DNA of 55,531 bases. Source: Myxococcota bacterium (GTDB lineage Bacteria > Myxococcota_C > UBA6777). The notes beneath the pieces were generated by a model that was not told where the DNA came from, ran no database searches, and saw only the letters and a program-made list of their open reading frames with translations. Shown here piece after piece: positions 27,801 to 36,454 of the stretch. The translations under genes and the position numbers were made by a program. The stretch spans positions 1 to 55,531 of the forward strand of contig JAKLKB010000030.1 in the NCBI GenBank assembly GCA_023150835.1, written 5' to 3'. How positions within the stretch are numbered: position 1 is the stretch's first letter; each line of letters opens with the position of its first letter.

Positions 27801-27852
27801 CCGTACGCCATCTTGGTATGGCTTGACACCTGCGCCACAAGAAGGCGTACGG
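27801..27852 (+). terminator. Imperfect 15-bp inverted repeat immediately after stop
   Basis: CCGTACGCCATCTTG ... CAAGAAGGCGTACGG. Confidence 0.4.
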
Positions 27853-27878
27853 GTTCGGCCTTCAACGCCACACAAGAG

Positions 27879-27994
27879 TCATACGAGATCCGCTCGTTGT
27901 GTGATCGTAAAAATGTAGGAGCAGCCCCCTGTGGCTGCCCAATAATCGGGCGTCTACGAATGATGCTTTGTGTACACATCACCCGGATATCGTA
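27879..27994 (+). mobile_element. MITE/REPIN-like repeat, copy D
   Basis: TCATACGAGATCCG...GTAGGAGCAGCCCCCTGTGGCTGCCCAATAATCGGGC...TGTGTACACATCACCCGGATATCGTA. Confidence 0.8.
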
Positions 27995-28044
27995 TCAGCA
28001 TCGCCTTCGCCCTGTGGGGCTGATCGTGCGAAAAGGAGAGATCG

Positions 28045-29130
28045 ATGAAGAGAATTTGTGCTCGATGGCTTTTGTTGCTCGGATTTCTCGTGCTTTCCGC
28101 AGCTTCCGCAAATGCCAGCCTCAAAGAGATCACGGTGGATGCGACCAAAGCACACTGCCAACACCCCAAGTTCTCCCCTGACGGCGCACTGCTCGCCTTT
28201 GAAGTCCGTCACGTCGAGAAACGCGCCATCGACTTGCGGATCTACGATGTGCGCTCTGGCGAAACCAAGATCATCCGCGCCGGAACCACCGTTCTCGACG
28301 AAGATTCCGACAAACGCGGCATGGTCGCACGAGAGTTGTCTTGGGCTCCTACAGGCCATCGCTACCTCTACACCAGCAACGGTAGCGGCAACGTCTATGA
28401 CATCTATATGTCCCGCGAGGGCCGCTTAAAATGGAGTTCGCGTTCCAAAAACGACGGGCAGCCCGCGTGGTCGCCCGACGGAAAACGCATCGTCTTCACT
28501 TCGGCCCGCACAGGAAAAGGCGACTTGTACTGGGTTAACGTCAGCAAGATGAATCCCCGACGCTTAACCAAAAATCCCGAAAGCACCGAGTTTTTTGCTG
28601 CATGGGACCCCTCCAACAGCAAACGCCTCGCTTACGTCCGACACACCGATCAAAGCGATCGCATCTACCTGATCGACAACATCTTTGCCCCTTCGCCTGT
28701 TCGCCTTACTTCGTGGAAAAGCAATATCTCCGAAGTTGGCCCTTCGTGGTCTTTAGACGGCAAATCCATCGCCTTTTTTGGTGTCCGCGAAGACGGTAGC
28801 GCAAACCTCTATCTCAGCGGCGTTGGAGAAAAACCAAAACTCCTCGCCCGCAACATCGCAAAAAGCGATCAATCCGGCCCTGCTTGGTCTCCCGATGGCA
28901 AACATATCTTTTTTGTCCAAAAAAGCACCGCAAATACCGATGTGATCACCGCCATCCACGTCGAAACCAACGCCAAACGCACCATCGACACGGGAACCCA
29001 AGTCAACAACGAGCTTTCCGTCGTCGCGAGTGGTGGAAAGTGGCACATCGCTTTTTCTTCTCAAGGCAAAACTTCCTCCAACGATAAAGTCTACCGCAAA
29101 CTCTATATCAAAACCATCGATCCCTTCTGA
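28045..29130 (+). CDS. TolB-like PD40 beta-propeller protein (no TolB N-terminal domain)
   Basis: Signal peptide; repeated P.WSPDG motifs (PKFSPDG, PAWSPDGKRIVFTS, PSWSLDGK, PAWSPDGK); AAAGGAG RBS. Confidence 0.88.
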   Translation: MKRICARWLLLLGFLVLSAASANASLKEITVDATKAHCQHPKFSPDGALLAFEVRHVEKRAIDLRIYDVRSGETKIIRAGTTVLDEDSDKRGMVARELSWAPTGHRYLYTSNGSGNVYDIYMSREGRLKWSSRSKNDGQPAWSPDGKRIVFTSARTGKGDLYWVNVSKMNPRRLTKNPESTEFFAAWDPSNSKRLAYVRHTDQSDRIYLIDNIFAPSPVRLTSWKSNISEVGPSWSLDGKSIAFFGVREDGSANLYLSGVGEKPKLLARNIAKSDQSGPAWSPDGKHIFFVQKSTANTDVITAIHVETNAKRTIDTGTQVNNELSVVASGGKWHIAFSSQGKTSSNDKVYRKLYIKTIDPF

Positions 29131-29176
29131 GCTAGGCGACACCTTGCCCAAGATCGCTCGCCGAAAGGAGCCGAAT

Positions 29177-30133
29177 ATGCGGAAGAAACCCGCCCTGTGG
29201 GGAATCGTCTTGATGACTTGGGTGGCCGTAGGACTCGGCTGCCAAACCGCTTTCGCACAAGACGAAGTGGACTTCGACGAAAACTATCGCTCAGGTCGAG
29301 AGATGGTGAGTCAGAATCTTTACATGGACGCTGTGCGATTGTTGTACCCCGCTGTCTTTAAAACATCTCGTGGAAAAAAACACTTTGGTGCCAACTACTT
29401 CCTTGGGATGGCCTATTATCACGTCGGCAGCGTGACCCAAGCGATGAAGGTACTCACCACAGCGCGAGCGCTTGCCCGAAAACGCAATCAACGCGAACTG
29501 TTGTATCCTTTGCTCAAAAAGATCAGCAAAGACTTTGGTGAGCTTCAGGTGATCTCCGAAGCGGGCGCGGATAGTCCAAAGATCCTCAAGATCGCGCTCA
29601 CGCCGCAAAAAGCCTTCACTGACTCGATCCAACGCCGCGCCTTTTCGATTATCGCCGACCTTTGGAGTAAAAAGGGCATCCAGTTTGAAAACACCAAGAC
29701 GCTTTGGCTACCCAAAGGCGAGTACTTCTTGCAGATACCTCAGCCGATGTGTCTGTCGTATGCCTTTACCATCGGTGGAACCGTCGTGAGCGACTTGAGT
29801 ATCGGCGATAGTGCCGTAAGCATCGGCCTCAAGGACGTGCCAAGCTGCAAATGCCTTGGGGGGCAAGTCTTAAAAATAGAAGCGAAAAAACGCTATTGCA
29901 CTTGTCCAGACGGCAATATCTGGGCGTCCGAGCGCAAACGCTGCATCCTCCAACAATCGACGGACAACCGAAGCTGGCTTGCACGCAATTGGCCTTGGTT
30001 GACGGTCGTTGGGGTGGTCGTCGTCGCTGCTGCGGTCGCCATCCCTGTGGGGTTGGTGGTGGCTCAAAATCAAGATCGTGATATCAGCTTCGGAAAAACC
30101 GACCTGTTTTTGCGCCGCGATCTTCCGCGTTGA
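29177..30133 (+). CDS. Exported TPR + Cys-rich protein with C-terminal membrane anchor (paralogue 2)
   Basis: Collinear with 26877-27800 (LPKG.Y, QP.CLSY.F, C.C.GGQVLK..AKKRYCTCP.G..W, NWPW-TM); AAGGAG RBS. Confidence 0.8.
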   Translation: MRKKPALWGIVLMTWVAVGLGCQTAFAQDEVDFDENYRSGREMVSQNLYMDAVRLLYPAVFKTSRGKKHFGANYFLGMAYYHVGSVTQAMKVLTTARALARKRNQRELLYPLLKKISKDFGELQVISEAGADSPKILKIALTPQKAFTDSIQRRAFSIIADLWSKKGIQFENTKTLWLPKGEYFLQIPQPMCLSYAFTIGGTVVSDLSIGDSAVSIGLKDVPSCKCLGGQVLKIEAKKRYCTCPDGNIWASERKRCILQQSTDNRSWLARNWPWLTVVGVVVVAAAVAIPVGLVVAQNQDRDISFGKTDLFLRRDLPR

Positions 30134-30144
30134 GGAGACAACTT

Positions 30145-31713
30145 ATGCGTCTGTGGCCCTCTCTACACGGCACTTTTCGTCTGTTGATCGTGATCTTGGC
30201 CGTTGCTGCGCCTGTTGTGGCATACGCCAAAGATCGCACCGCGATCTTTGTACAAAGTCTCGAACCCAAAAACCCCAACGCCCAAAAAACCAGCGGCGAG
30301 ATCAACTGGCTCTTGCGTGCGTTGAGCCAAGCCTCTCTTGCGGACAAAGGCGAGGCTTTGTTGGATCGCGGCTTGTTTTTCTCGAACGCAGAAGCCCTTG
30401 CTGCGGGCAATTGGCTTCGTCGAGCGCAGATAGCTCTCAACGAAGGTATGCAAAACTACGCTTCCGATCCTTCCGCTGCTTTGGAACCTTTGCTCAAGGC
30501 CAGTCGCTTTCTCGAATACACCTTCGCTTATTTCCCTGTGATCGAGCCGATGCGCGTCTCTCGCCTTGCTTCGGGGTTGCTTTATTGGCGAAAGGGTGAA
30601 AAAGCCCTCGGGATGAAGATGATGCAAACAGGCATCCTCCTTGATCCCAAATCTGCCGATATGCCCGAAGCGTTCTCCGATGCAGAAAAAGAGATGATCT
30701 CTGCGGTGCGTTGCAAACTCTCGATGCAACGCACTTCTACGCTGACGATCCAAGCCTTTGATCCCCGCACCGAGCTTTATCTCAACGATAAGTTCGTTGG
30801 CTTAGGCAAAGTCGACCTCAAAAACCTTCGCTCGGGCGAGTACATGATCAAGATGATGCTTGACGGATACCGACATTACAAACGCAAGTTCACGCTCGGT
30901 AAAAGTGGACGTGTATTTGCGCGAAATCGTCCCGGGCCACGCATCCATTTTTATGAGGAGCTTTGTAAAAAGTTCCCGAGCATCTCCAACGATGAGCAAC
31001 TCAAAGACGAATTGAAAGCGGCGGCTTCCACGCTGCGTCTCAAAAAAGACCGTGTCACGCGCTTTTTGGTGGGCTGCTTTCAACCTTCGGGCAACGGCAA
31101 CGTCGGAAACCTCAAATGGTTTGCTCTCGAAGGCGACAAGATGCAAAAAGGCAGTTGGAGCGTTCCCCCCTCCACCAAAGCCCGTATACGTGGCCTCAGC
31201 AAGCTGATCTCCGCGCTCGGACTCCAATCCAACAATCAAGAACCCTCGATGTTGCAATACGCTTCGCTCGCCCCACAAAGCGACTGCAAAGAACCCAACA
31301 ACATCGAACTCCCGCCGCTAATGCCCCCCAAAAGCGATCCTCCGATGTGGACCGTCTCTCCCGGGGATGCGATCACGCTCAGCACGCACCACGGTTTCCG
31401 CTTACAGGGCACTGTCCTTGCCATCGACGGCGAAACCCTCACCCTCGAAGTCTCCAAGAACAAAAGCGACCCCACCGCGCTGCGACAAGTCAAGATCCAA
31501 CGCAAAGAAGTCAAATGGACATTTATTCTTGGACCAAAGCAAGAGGGTGGGTTTCGCATCGGAGAACGTCTGATCGTGATCTCCGTCTTTGGTTTAGTTC
31601 TTCATGGGGTTCTTGCCGCGGATGATGGAGAGAAAATGCGCTTACAAACCAAGCATGGCAGCGAAGTGATCCCTTGGTCGATGATCCGACGAGTGATCCG
31701 CCGCGATTCTTGA
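30145..31713 (+). CDS. Exported PEGA-domain protein with helical N-region and two small C-terminal beta domains
   Basis: GAGGAG RBS; signal peptide; PEGA motif TLTIQAFDPRTELYLNDKFVG...LRSGEYMIKMMLDGY. Confidence 0.78.
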   Translation: MRLWPSLHGTFRLLIVILAVAAPVVAYAKDRTAIFVQSLEPKNPNAQKTSGEINWLLRALSQASLADKGEALLDRGLFFSNAEALAAGNWLRRAQIALNEGMQNYASDPSAALEPLLKASRFLEYTFAYFPVIEPMRVSRLASGLLYWRKGEKALGMKMMQTGILLDPKSADMPEAFSDAEKEMISAVRCKLSMQRTSTLTIQAFDPRTELYLNDKFVGLGKVDLKNLRSGEYMIKMMLDGYRHYKRKFTLGKSGRVFARNRPGPRIHFYEELCKKFPSISNDEQLKDELKAAASTLRLKKDRVTRFLVGCFQPSGNGNVGNLKWFALEGDKMQKGSWSVPPSTKARIRGLSKLISALGLQSNNQEPSMLQYASLAPQSDCKEPNNIELPPLMPPKSDPPMWTVSPGDAITLSTHHGFRLQGTVLAIDGETLTLEVSKNKSDPTALRQVKIQRKEVKWTFILGPKQEGGFRIGERLIVISVFGLVLHGVLAADDGEKMRLQTKHGSEVIPWSMIRRVIRRDS

Positions 31714-31752
31714 GCCTTGGTCGATGATCCGACGTGTGAGCCGCCGCGCTCC

Positions 31753-32169
31753 TTAGCTTCGACAAATCACGTAGATCTGGAGGCGGTAGTTGCGGCGATT
31801 TCGATAAAAGGCAACATTGATCCCGCTCCAGCCGCTCGAAGAATTGAGGCTGCGAAGGTGATAGGCGCTGACGTGGCGCAAGACAAAAAGCTGACGCAGC
31901 TTGTAATTCTTTCCATCACTTCCATAGACCTTGCGATAAAATTTCAAGATCCCATCGATATCTTCGTAGCCACCCGAACTATAACGCCCGCCGCCTAGAT
32001 CTTCGGAGCCTTTGGGGACCATGACTCCGCAGCTTCCGCGTTTGGAGCTTGGGCTGGCTTGTGCGGCGTATGAACCCCCAAGCCACAGCACCAGACACAA
32101 CGCGCCGAAGATTTGAAGAGCAGCGTGAGATCGCCAAGCAGGGATGCCGCGAACCGTCCATGTTTGCAT
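31753..32169 (-). CDS. Small exported hypothetical protein downstream of gltG
   Basis: 138-aa ORF filling the gap, co-oriented with the glt cluster; signal-peptide-like segment ending AQA. Confidence 0.65.
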   Translation of the reverse strand: MQTWTVRGIPAWRSHAALQIFGALCLVLWLGGSYAAQASPSSKRGSCGVMVPKGSEDLGGGRYSSGGYEDIDGILKFYRKVYGSDGKNYKLRQLFVLRHVSAYHLRSLNSSSGWSGINVAFYRNRRNYRLQIYVICRS

Positions 32170-32178
32170 GATGTTTCC

Positions 32179-32360
32179 GTAAGCAAGAGAAGAGGGCGAT
32201 CAGTCCGCCACGTTGGAGATTTTTTGGTGAGCAAGAGGGCGATCAATCCGCCACGTTGAAGATATTTTTGTGAGCAAGAGAAGAGGGCGATCCGCCCGTC
32301 GCGTTGAAGAGGCTTTGGTGAGCAAGAGAAGAAGGCGATCAGCCCGCCACTTTGAAGAGG
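32179..32360. repeat. Four 43-48-bp tandem repeats derived from the gltG 3' end
   Basis: Units start at 32179, 32227, 32270 and 32318; consensus GTGAGCAAGAGAAGAGGGCGATCAGYCCGCCACGTTGAAGA; unit 4 contains the gltG stop codon. Confidence 0.88.
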
Positions 32361-34507
32361 AAGGGATAGTTGACGTCGACAACCCCGCCACCTTGGGGGA
32401 CAGGAAACTTCCAGCGGATAATCCGACGAGTGATGCAGTTTTCCACCGCTTCATTGTTCATGGTGGTGGATTTGACGTTGGCCGTATCGACCGCACCTGT
32501 TCCGCCGATACGCCATGCGATCACGACTTTTCCGCCGAGTTTGGGGTTTTTCGTGAGTTCTTTTTCATAGCAGTAACGGATCTGCGCCCAGTGCATCTGG
32601 ATAACGCGAGCGATCTGCTCTTTGGTCAACGCGCCTTTGAGGATCAAGCGGCCCGGCTGGATCTGCGTGATGGTTTTGCCGCGTCCTTGCCCGCGAAGGT
32701 TCATCCCTCCACGACCATACACGCGCTTGCGGCCACCGTATCCCCAGCTACCACCGCCATAACCGCCACCACCGCCGCCGCCGCCCGCGCCAAAGCCACG
32801 ACCTGCGCCGCCCATCCCAAAGGACGCGCCACCCGCCGAACCGAGCAGCTTGCCAAGGAACTGTTGATCTTGGGCTTTTCCAAACAGATCGCCGCCGGGA
32901 CCCATATCGCCCATCCCGCTAGAGAGAAGGCCCAATAGACCCGATTTTTTGACCCGCTGCATGTCTCGTTGTTTTGGATCCGCAGGAGCGTCTTCTTTCG
33001 GAGCTTCTTTGGTCTCGTCCTTCTTGTCTTCTTTGATCTCTTCGTCTTTTTTCTCTTCTTTTTTTAGTTCAAATTTCTTCTCTTGCTTCTTTTTGATCTC
33101 GGGTGGTGGAACCACGATCATCTTGGCAAAGCGGCCTTTGAGGACGGTTTCACCGAGCGCCATCGGTCCAAGCGGAACGAATTGGAACATCAAGATCATC
33201 GCTGCGTGGACGATCGCAGAAAAAGCAATCACGCGCCAAAGCAGATAATCGCGGTCGTGGTAGGCGTCGCTGTTGTAAGCCTTGGTGGGGTAAGTGTAAG
33301 AGAACTCGATGTTCAGGCTTTGGCCTTCGAGAGCGAAGACTTCGCCCGGGGTCACCGCATACACTTGTCCGTCAAGTCCGTGGACACTTTTGCTACTGAA
33401 TTGGCCTTTGAGTGCGTCTGCCGAAACCACCGTCCCATCGGCTTTTGTCAGGACTGGATGGAAGGCATTGGTAAAAAACACCCCAAAGCTCCCTTGGAAG
33501 GGGATCACGAGGGGATAGTTTTGATCGGGGAACTTTTCATCGGCAAACGAAAAGTCGTTCAGGGGGTGCGTTCCAACCGTGACAATGCGGGGGCGATCGA
33601 AGTGACCGACCTCGACGGGGGTTCCGTCCAAGAGAAAGCGCACTTGGAAAAGGCGTTCACCTTTGCTTTTATCTTCTTGAACGAGATTTCGGCGGATACT
33701 CGGGGGAAGTTGATTGTCTGGGATCGGTGTGGTATCGATCACGATCGGCGCTGCGGGTTCTGCGATCAACGGAGCGCCATAATCACTTGCGGGAGGAGCC
33801 GCTGCTGCCGAGGGGATGCGCATCTCGTCTCGGACAAAATTGGCCATGATCACGCTGCTTGGAGCGGGAGGCAGGGGTTCGTCTGTGACGGGAAAATCGG
33901 GCTCTTGGTCGAGTTCGGCTTCGCCACCAAAGTCACCTTCGTTGTCAAAGGGAGAAGGCTTGATTCCTGCGAAGGGATCGGCTTTTTTGTCGAATGCGAA
34001 GTCTTCTTCTTCCATGACGGGTGGAAGCAACAGATCGTCGTCTTCGCGCTTGCTTTTGGCCGAAACAGCTTTGCCAAAGTCAGGCAACGGGCGCTTGACG
34101 GTGGGGCCTTCGGCTTCGCCGGGTGCTCCGAACACATTGAGGATATCATCGTCGGCATCTGCGATGCTTCCGAACATGGGAGCCGCGACTTCGCCAGGGG
34201 GATTCCCAAACACGCGGAGATACGAGCTTCCGATCTGAACGAGATCACCGTCTTCGATCTGGGCCTCGCCATCGATCTTTCGACCGTTATGGAGGGTCCC
34301 TTCGCTGCTCCATCCCAGATCGCTCAGCAGGATCTCGCCGTGCTCGTTGACTTTGAGCATGGCGTGGATGCGAGAAACTTGCGGGTCTTCCATACGCAGA
34401 TGCGCTGCGGGGCCGCTCCCGATGATGATGTTTTCTTGGGAATATTTGTTGGTATCAACCACACTATCCCCATCCAATATCTGGATATAAACCGTTTTCT
34501 TTTCCAT
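32339..34507 (-). CDS. gltG: GltG/NfsG-like protein: FHA domain, TM helix, Gly-rich linker, TonB-C-like (AgmX/PglI) domain
   Basis: FHA (DPQVSRIHA...SDLG...GTLHNG); single TM; IARVIQMHWAQIRYCYEKEL...VENCI...WKFPVPQGGGVVDVNYPFLF; synteny with gltC-F. Confidence 0.85.
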   Translation of the reverse strand: MEKKTVYIQILDGDSVVDTNKYSQENIIIGSGPAAHLRMEDPQVSRIHAMLKVNEHGEILLSDLGWSSEGTLHNGRKIDGEAQIEDGDLVQIGSSYLRVFGNPPGEVAAPMFGSIADADDDILNVFGAPGEAEGPTVKRPLPDFGKAVSAKSKREDDDLLLPPVMEEEDFAFDKKADPFAGIKPSPFDNEGDFGGEAELDQEPDFPVTDEPLPPAPSSVIMANFVRDEMRIPSAAAAPPASDYGAPLIAEPAAPIVIDTTPIPDNQLPPSIRRNLVQEDKSKGERLFQVRFLLDGTPVEVGHFDRPRIVTVGTHPLNDFSFADEKFPDQNYPLVIPFQGSFGVFFTNAFHPVLTKADGTVVSADALKGQFSSKSVHGLDGQVYAVTPGEVFALEGQSLNIEFSYTYPTKAYNSDAYHDRDYLLWRVIAFSAIVHAAMILMFQFVPLGPMALGETVLKGRFAKMIVVPPPEIKKKQEKKFELKKEEKKDEEIKEDKKDETKEAPKEDAPADPKQRDMQRVKKSGLLGLLSSGMGDMGPGGDLFGKAQDQQFLGKLLGSAGGASFGMGGAGRGFGAGGGGGGGGYGGGSWGYGGRKRVYGRGGMNLRGQGRGKTITQIQPGRLILKGALTKEQIARVIQMHWAQIRYCYEKELTKNPKLGGKVVIAWRIGGTGAVDTANVKSTTMNNEAVENCITRRIIRWKFPVPQGGGVVDVNYPFLFKVAG

Positions 34508-34635
34508 GTTTGTTCGTCAGCCTCGCGGGGGTCAATAAAGAGACAAAGAAGGTGTCGCGCTCTGGATAGACGCGGAGTGTTCGAGTCGATTCGAGAAGAG
34601 AGGAGAAGTGCAGAGTGGGTCAAGAGGAGCGATGA

Positions 34636-34920
34636 TTAGAGTTTGAGGGCGTTTCGCATCAGCTCGGGATTGAAGTTTTTGCGCGGCTGGATCAAACTGT
34701 CAAACTTCACGCGGCTGCGTTGAACCATGTAGCTTCCTTCGGGCTTGATCAATTCACCTTCCACGGCGCTGCCATCGAAGTCGATCTTCGTGTTCTTCTT
34801 GAACATCACGCGATCTTCGCCTTTGATGATCTTGATTCGGGTTTGGGCCATCGCTGAACCCGTTGCCATCGCGGACATCGCGAAAAACACAGCCATCGCG
34901 GTCAACATGCTTTTTTTCAT
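34636..34920 (-). CDS. gltF: GltF/CglF-like small exported gliding protein
   Basis: AAAGGAG RBS; signal peptide; KKNTKIDFDGSAVEGELIKPEGSY...FDSLIQPRKNFNPEL; located between gltE and gltG. Confidence 0.88.
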   Translation of the reverse strand: MKKSMLTAMAVFFAMSAMATGSAMAQTRIKIIKGEDRVMFKKNTKIDFDGSAVEGELIKPEGSYMVQRSRVKFDSLIQPRKNFNPELMRNALKL

Positions 34921-34992
34921 CGGTCGCTCCTTTTTCTCGTTGTATCCGAGTGAATCAACGATTCCCCGAATCCTCTGTGCATAATCCGGCAG

Positions 34993-35022
34993 AGTGTAAT
35001 TCGGTTCTGCCGCCCTTGTCAA
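34993..35022 (-). promoter_or_regulatory. Sigma70-type promoter for gltF-gltG
   Basis: Minus strand TTGACA-N18-TACACT, ~70 nt upstream of the gltF ATG. Confidence 0.55.
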
Positions 35023-35087
35023 GTCCTGATCGGCTCTTCTCTTCTCTGGCGCTTGGACAACCGCTTTCTTGTTGGGTTCCGATCTTT

Positions 35088-36392
35088 TTAAGAACGAGGG
35101 GCAGGAGCAGGCGTGGTAGGAGCAGGCGTGGTAGGAGCGGGCGTGGTAGGAGCGGGCGTGGTAGGAGCGGGCGTGGTGGGAGCGGGCGTGGTGGGTGCGG
35201 GCGTGGTGGGTGCGGGCGTGGTGGGTGCAGGTTTGGGGGTAGCTTTTTTGGGTTCTTTTGTGGGTTCGGTGCCGATCTTGGAGAGTCGGTCTTTGGCTTG
35301 TACGATGAACTTGCGTGCATCTTCGAAGCTTTGGAGTTTTTTGGCGTCAGGGTGTGCAAGGAACTTGTCGAACAATTTTTCTGAGCTTTTTTGAGTGTCC
35401 GTGTTCTTGCTATTGAAGAGGATGACGCCGTGTTGAAAGACGGCTTCGGGATCGTCGGGGCGAAGGGTGAGGATGCGGTCATACACTTCTTTGGCTTCGT
35501 TCATGCGTTCCATGCCCATCAAAGCGACGCCGTAGTTGCGGTTGGCGTAGAGATTGTTGGGCTGTTGTTTCAGAACTTTTCCGAAGTGATCGATCGCCGT
35601 TTTCCAAGCGCCATTTTGGATGGCGATGGTTCCAAGGTTCATGTGCGCTTGGGTGTTCATGGGATCGTGTTTGAGGGCTTCGTGGAACTGCGCTGCTGCT
35701 CGGGTAAGGTCTTGTTTCTTCATGTAGACCATCCCGAGGTTGTTGTAAAAACCGGGGTCTTTTTTGTCGACTTGTTGAAGGGCGATGGTGGCGACAAGCT
35801 CGGCTTGGTTGTAGCGTTCCCAATCGTAGTAGAGCAGGATCAAGTTGCGGTAGGCTTGAACATTTTTGTCATCGCGAGAGAGAACAAGTTGGGCGAGTTT
35901 TTCGGCCTGATCGTATTTCTTGGCTTTCCGATACAGCATCGCGAGGTTGTTTTTGAGTTCAAGATTGTCAGGATTATTCTTGTTGAAATCTTCAAAGATG
36001 GTGAGTGCTTTGTCGATCTTGTTTGCGCGGATGTAGGCTTGTGCGAGTTCACCGCGAACTTCTTGGTTGCCGGGGTTTGCGGTTGCGTATTTCTCGTAGT
36101 GACCGAGGGCTTCGTCATGACGTTCTTGTTTTTCGTAGAGCTTTCCGAGAAAAAGAGAGGCTTTGGTTAGATTGGGGTCTTTGTCGAGAGCTTTTTTGCA
36201 AAGTTCCGTTGCCGCAGTGACGGAAGCAGCGGAATCATCGCCCATCTTGGTTTTGCACTCGATCAGATATTCTTGTGCGCTTTTTTCTTGGACGACCGTC
36301 TTGATCGGGTCTTTTTTGACCTGTGTGCCCGTACAAGCGGGTCCGACGGCAAGGGCGGCAGCGCATCCGAGGAAAAGAACAAAGCGTTGCAT
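35088..36392 (-). CDS. gltE: GltE/AglT-like TPR lipoprotein with PAPTT tail
   Basis: Signal peptide ending GPAC; tandem TPRs (YNNLGMVY, AHMNLG, RNYGVALMG); synteny. Confidence 0.78.
   Translation of the reverse strand: MQRFVLFLGCAAALAVGPACTGTQVKKDPIKTVVQEKSAQEYLIECKTKMGDDSAASVTAATELCKKALDKDPNLTKASLFLGKLYEKQERHDEALGHYEKYATANPGNQEVRGELAQAYIRANKIDKALTIFEDFNKNNPDNLELKNNLAMLYRKAKKYDQAEKLAQLVLSRDDKNVQAYRNLILLYYDWERYNQAELVATIALQQVDKKDPGFYNNLGMVYMKKQDLTRAAAQFHEALKHDPMNTQAHMNLGTIAIQNGAWKTAIDHFGKVLKQQPNNLYANRNYGVALMGMERMNEAKEVYDRILTLRPDDPEAVFQHGVILFNSKNTDTQKSSEKLFDKFLAHPDAKKLQSFEDARKFIVQAKDRLSKIGTEPTKEPKKATPKPAPTTPAPTTPAPTTPAPTTPAPTTPAPTTPAPTTPAPTTPAPAPRS
35103..35231 (-). repeat. 15-bp intragenic tandem repeat x8 encoding PAPTT
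   Basis: Repeated RGGWGCRGGCGTGGT on the plus strand. Confidence 0.9.
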
Positions 36393-36454
36393 ACAAATCG
36401 ATCCTTCTTTTTACAGTTTAGCCCGCAGGCTCCAAGTCTTTCGGCTTGGTGGGT

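Noticed and set aside
28045-29130. Bona fide tolB
   Set aside because: It lacks the TolB N-terminal domain and the tolQRA/pal context.
32179-32360. CRISPR array
   Set aside because: The units are contiguous degenerate tandem repeats with no unique spacers, overlap a CDS end, and have no cas genes nearby.
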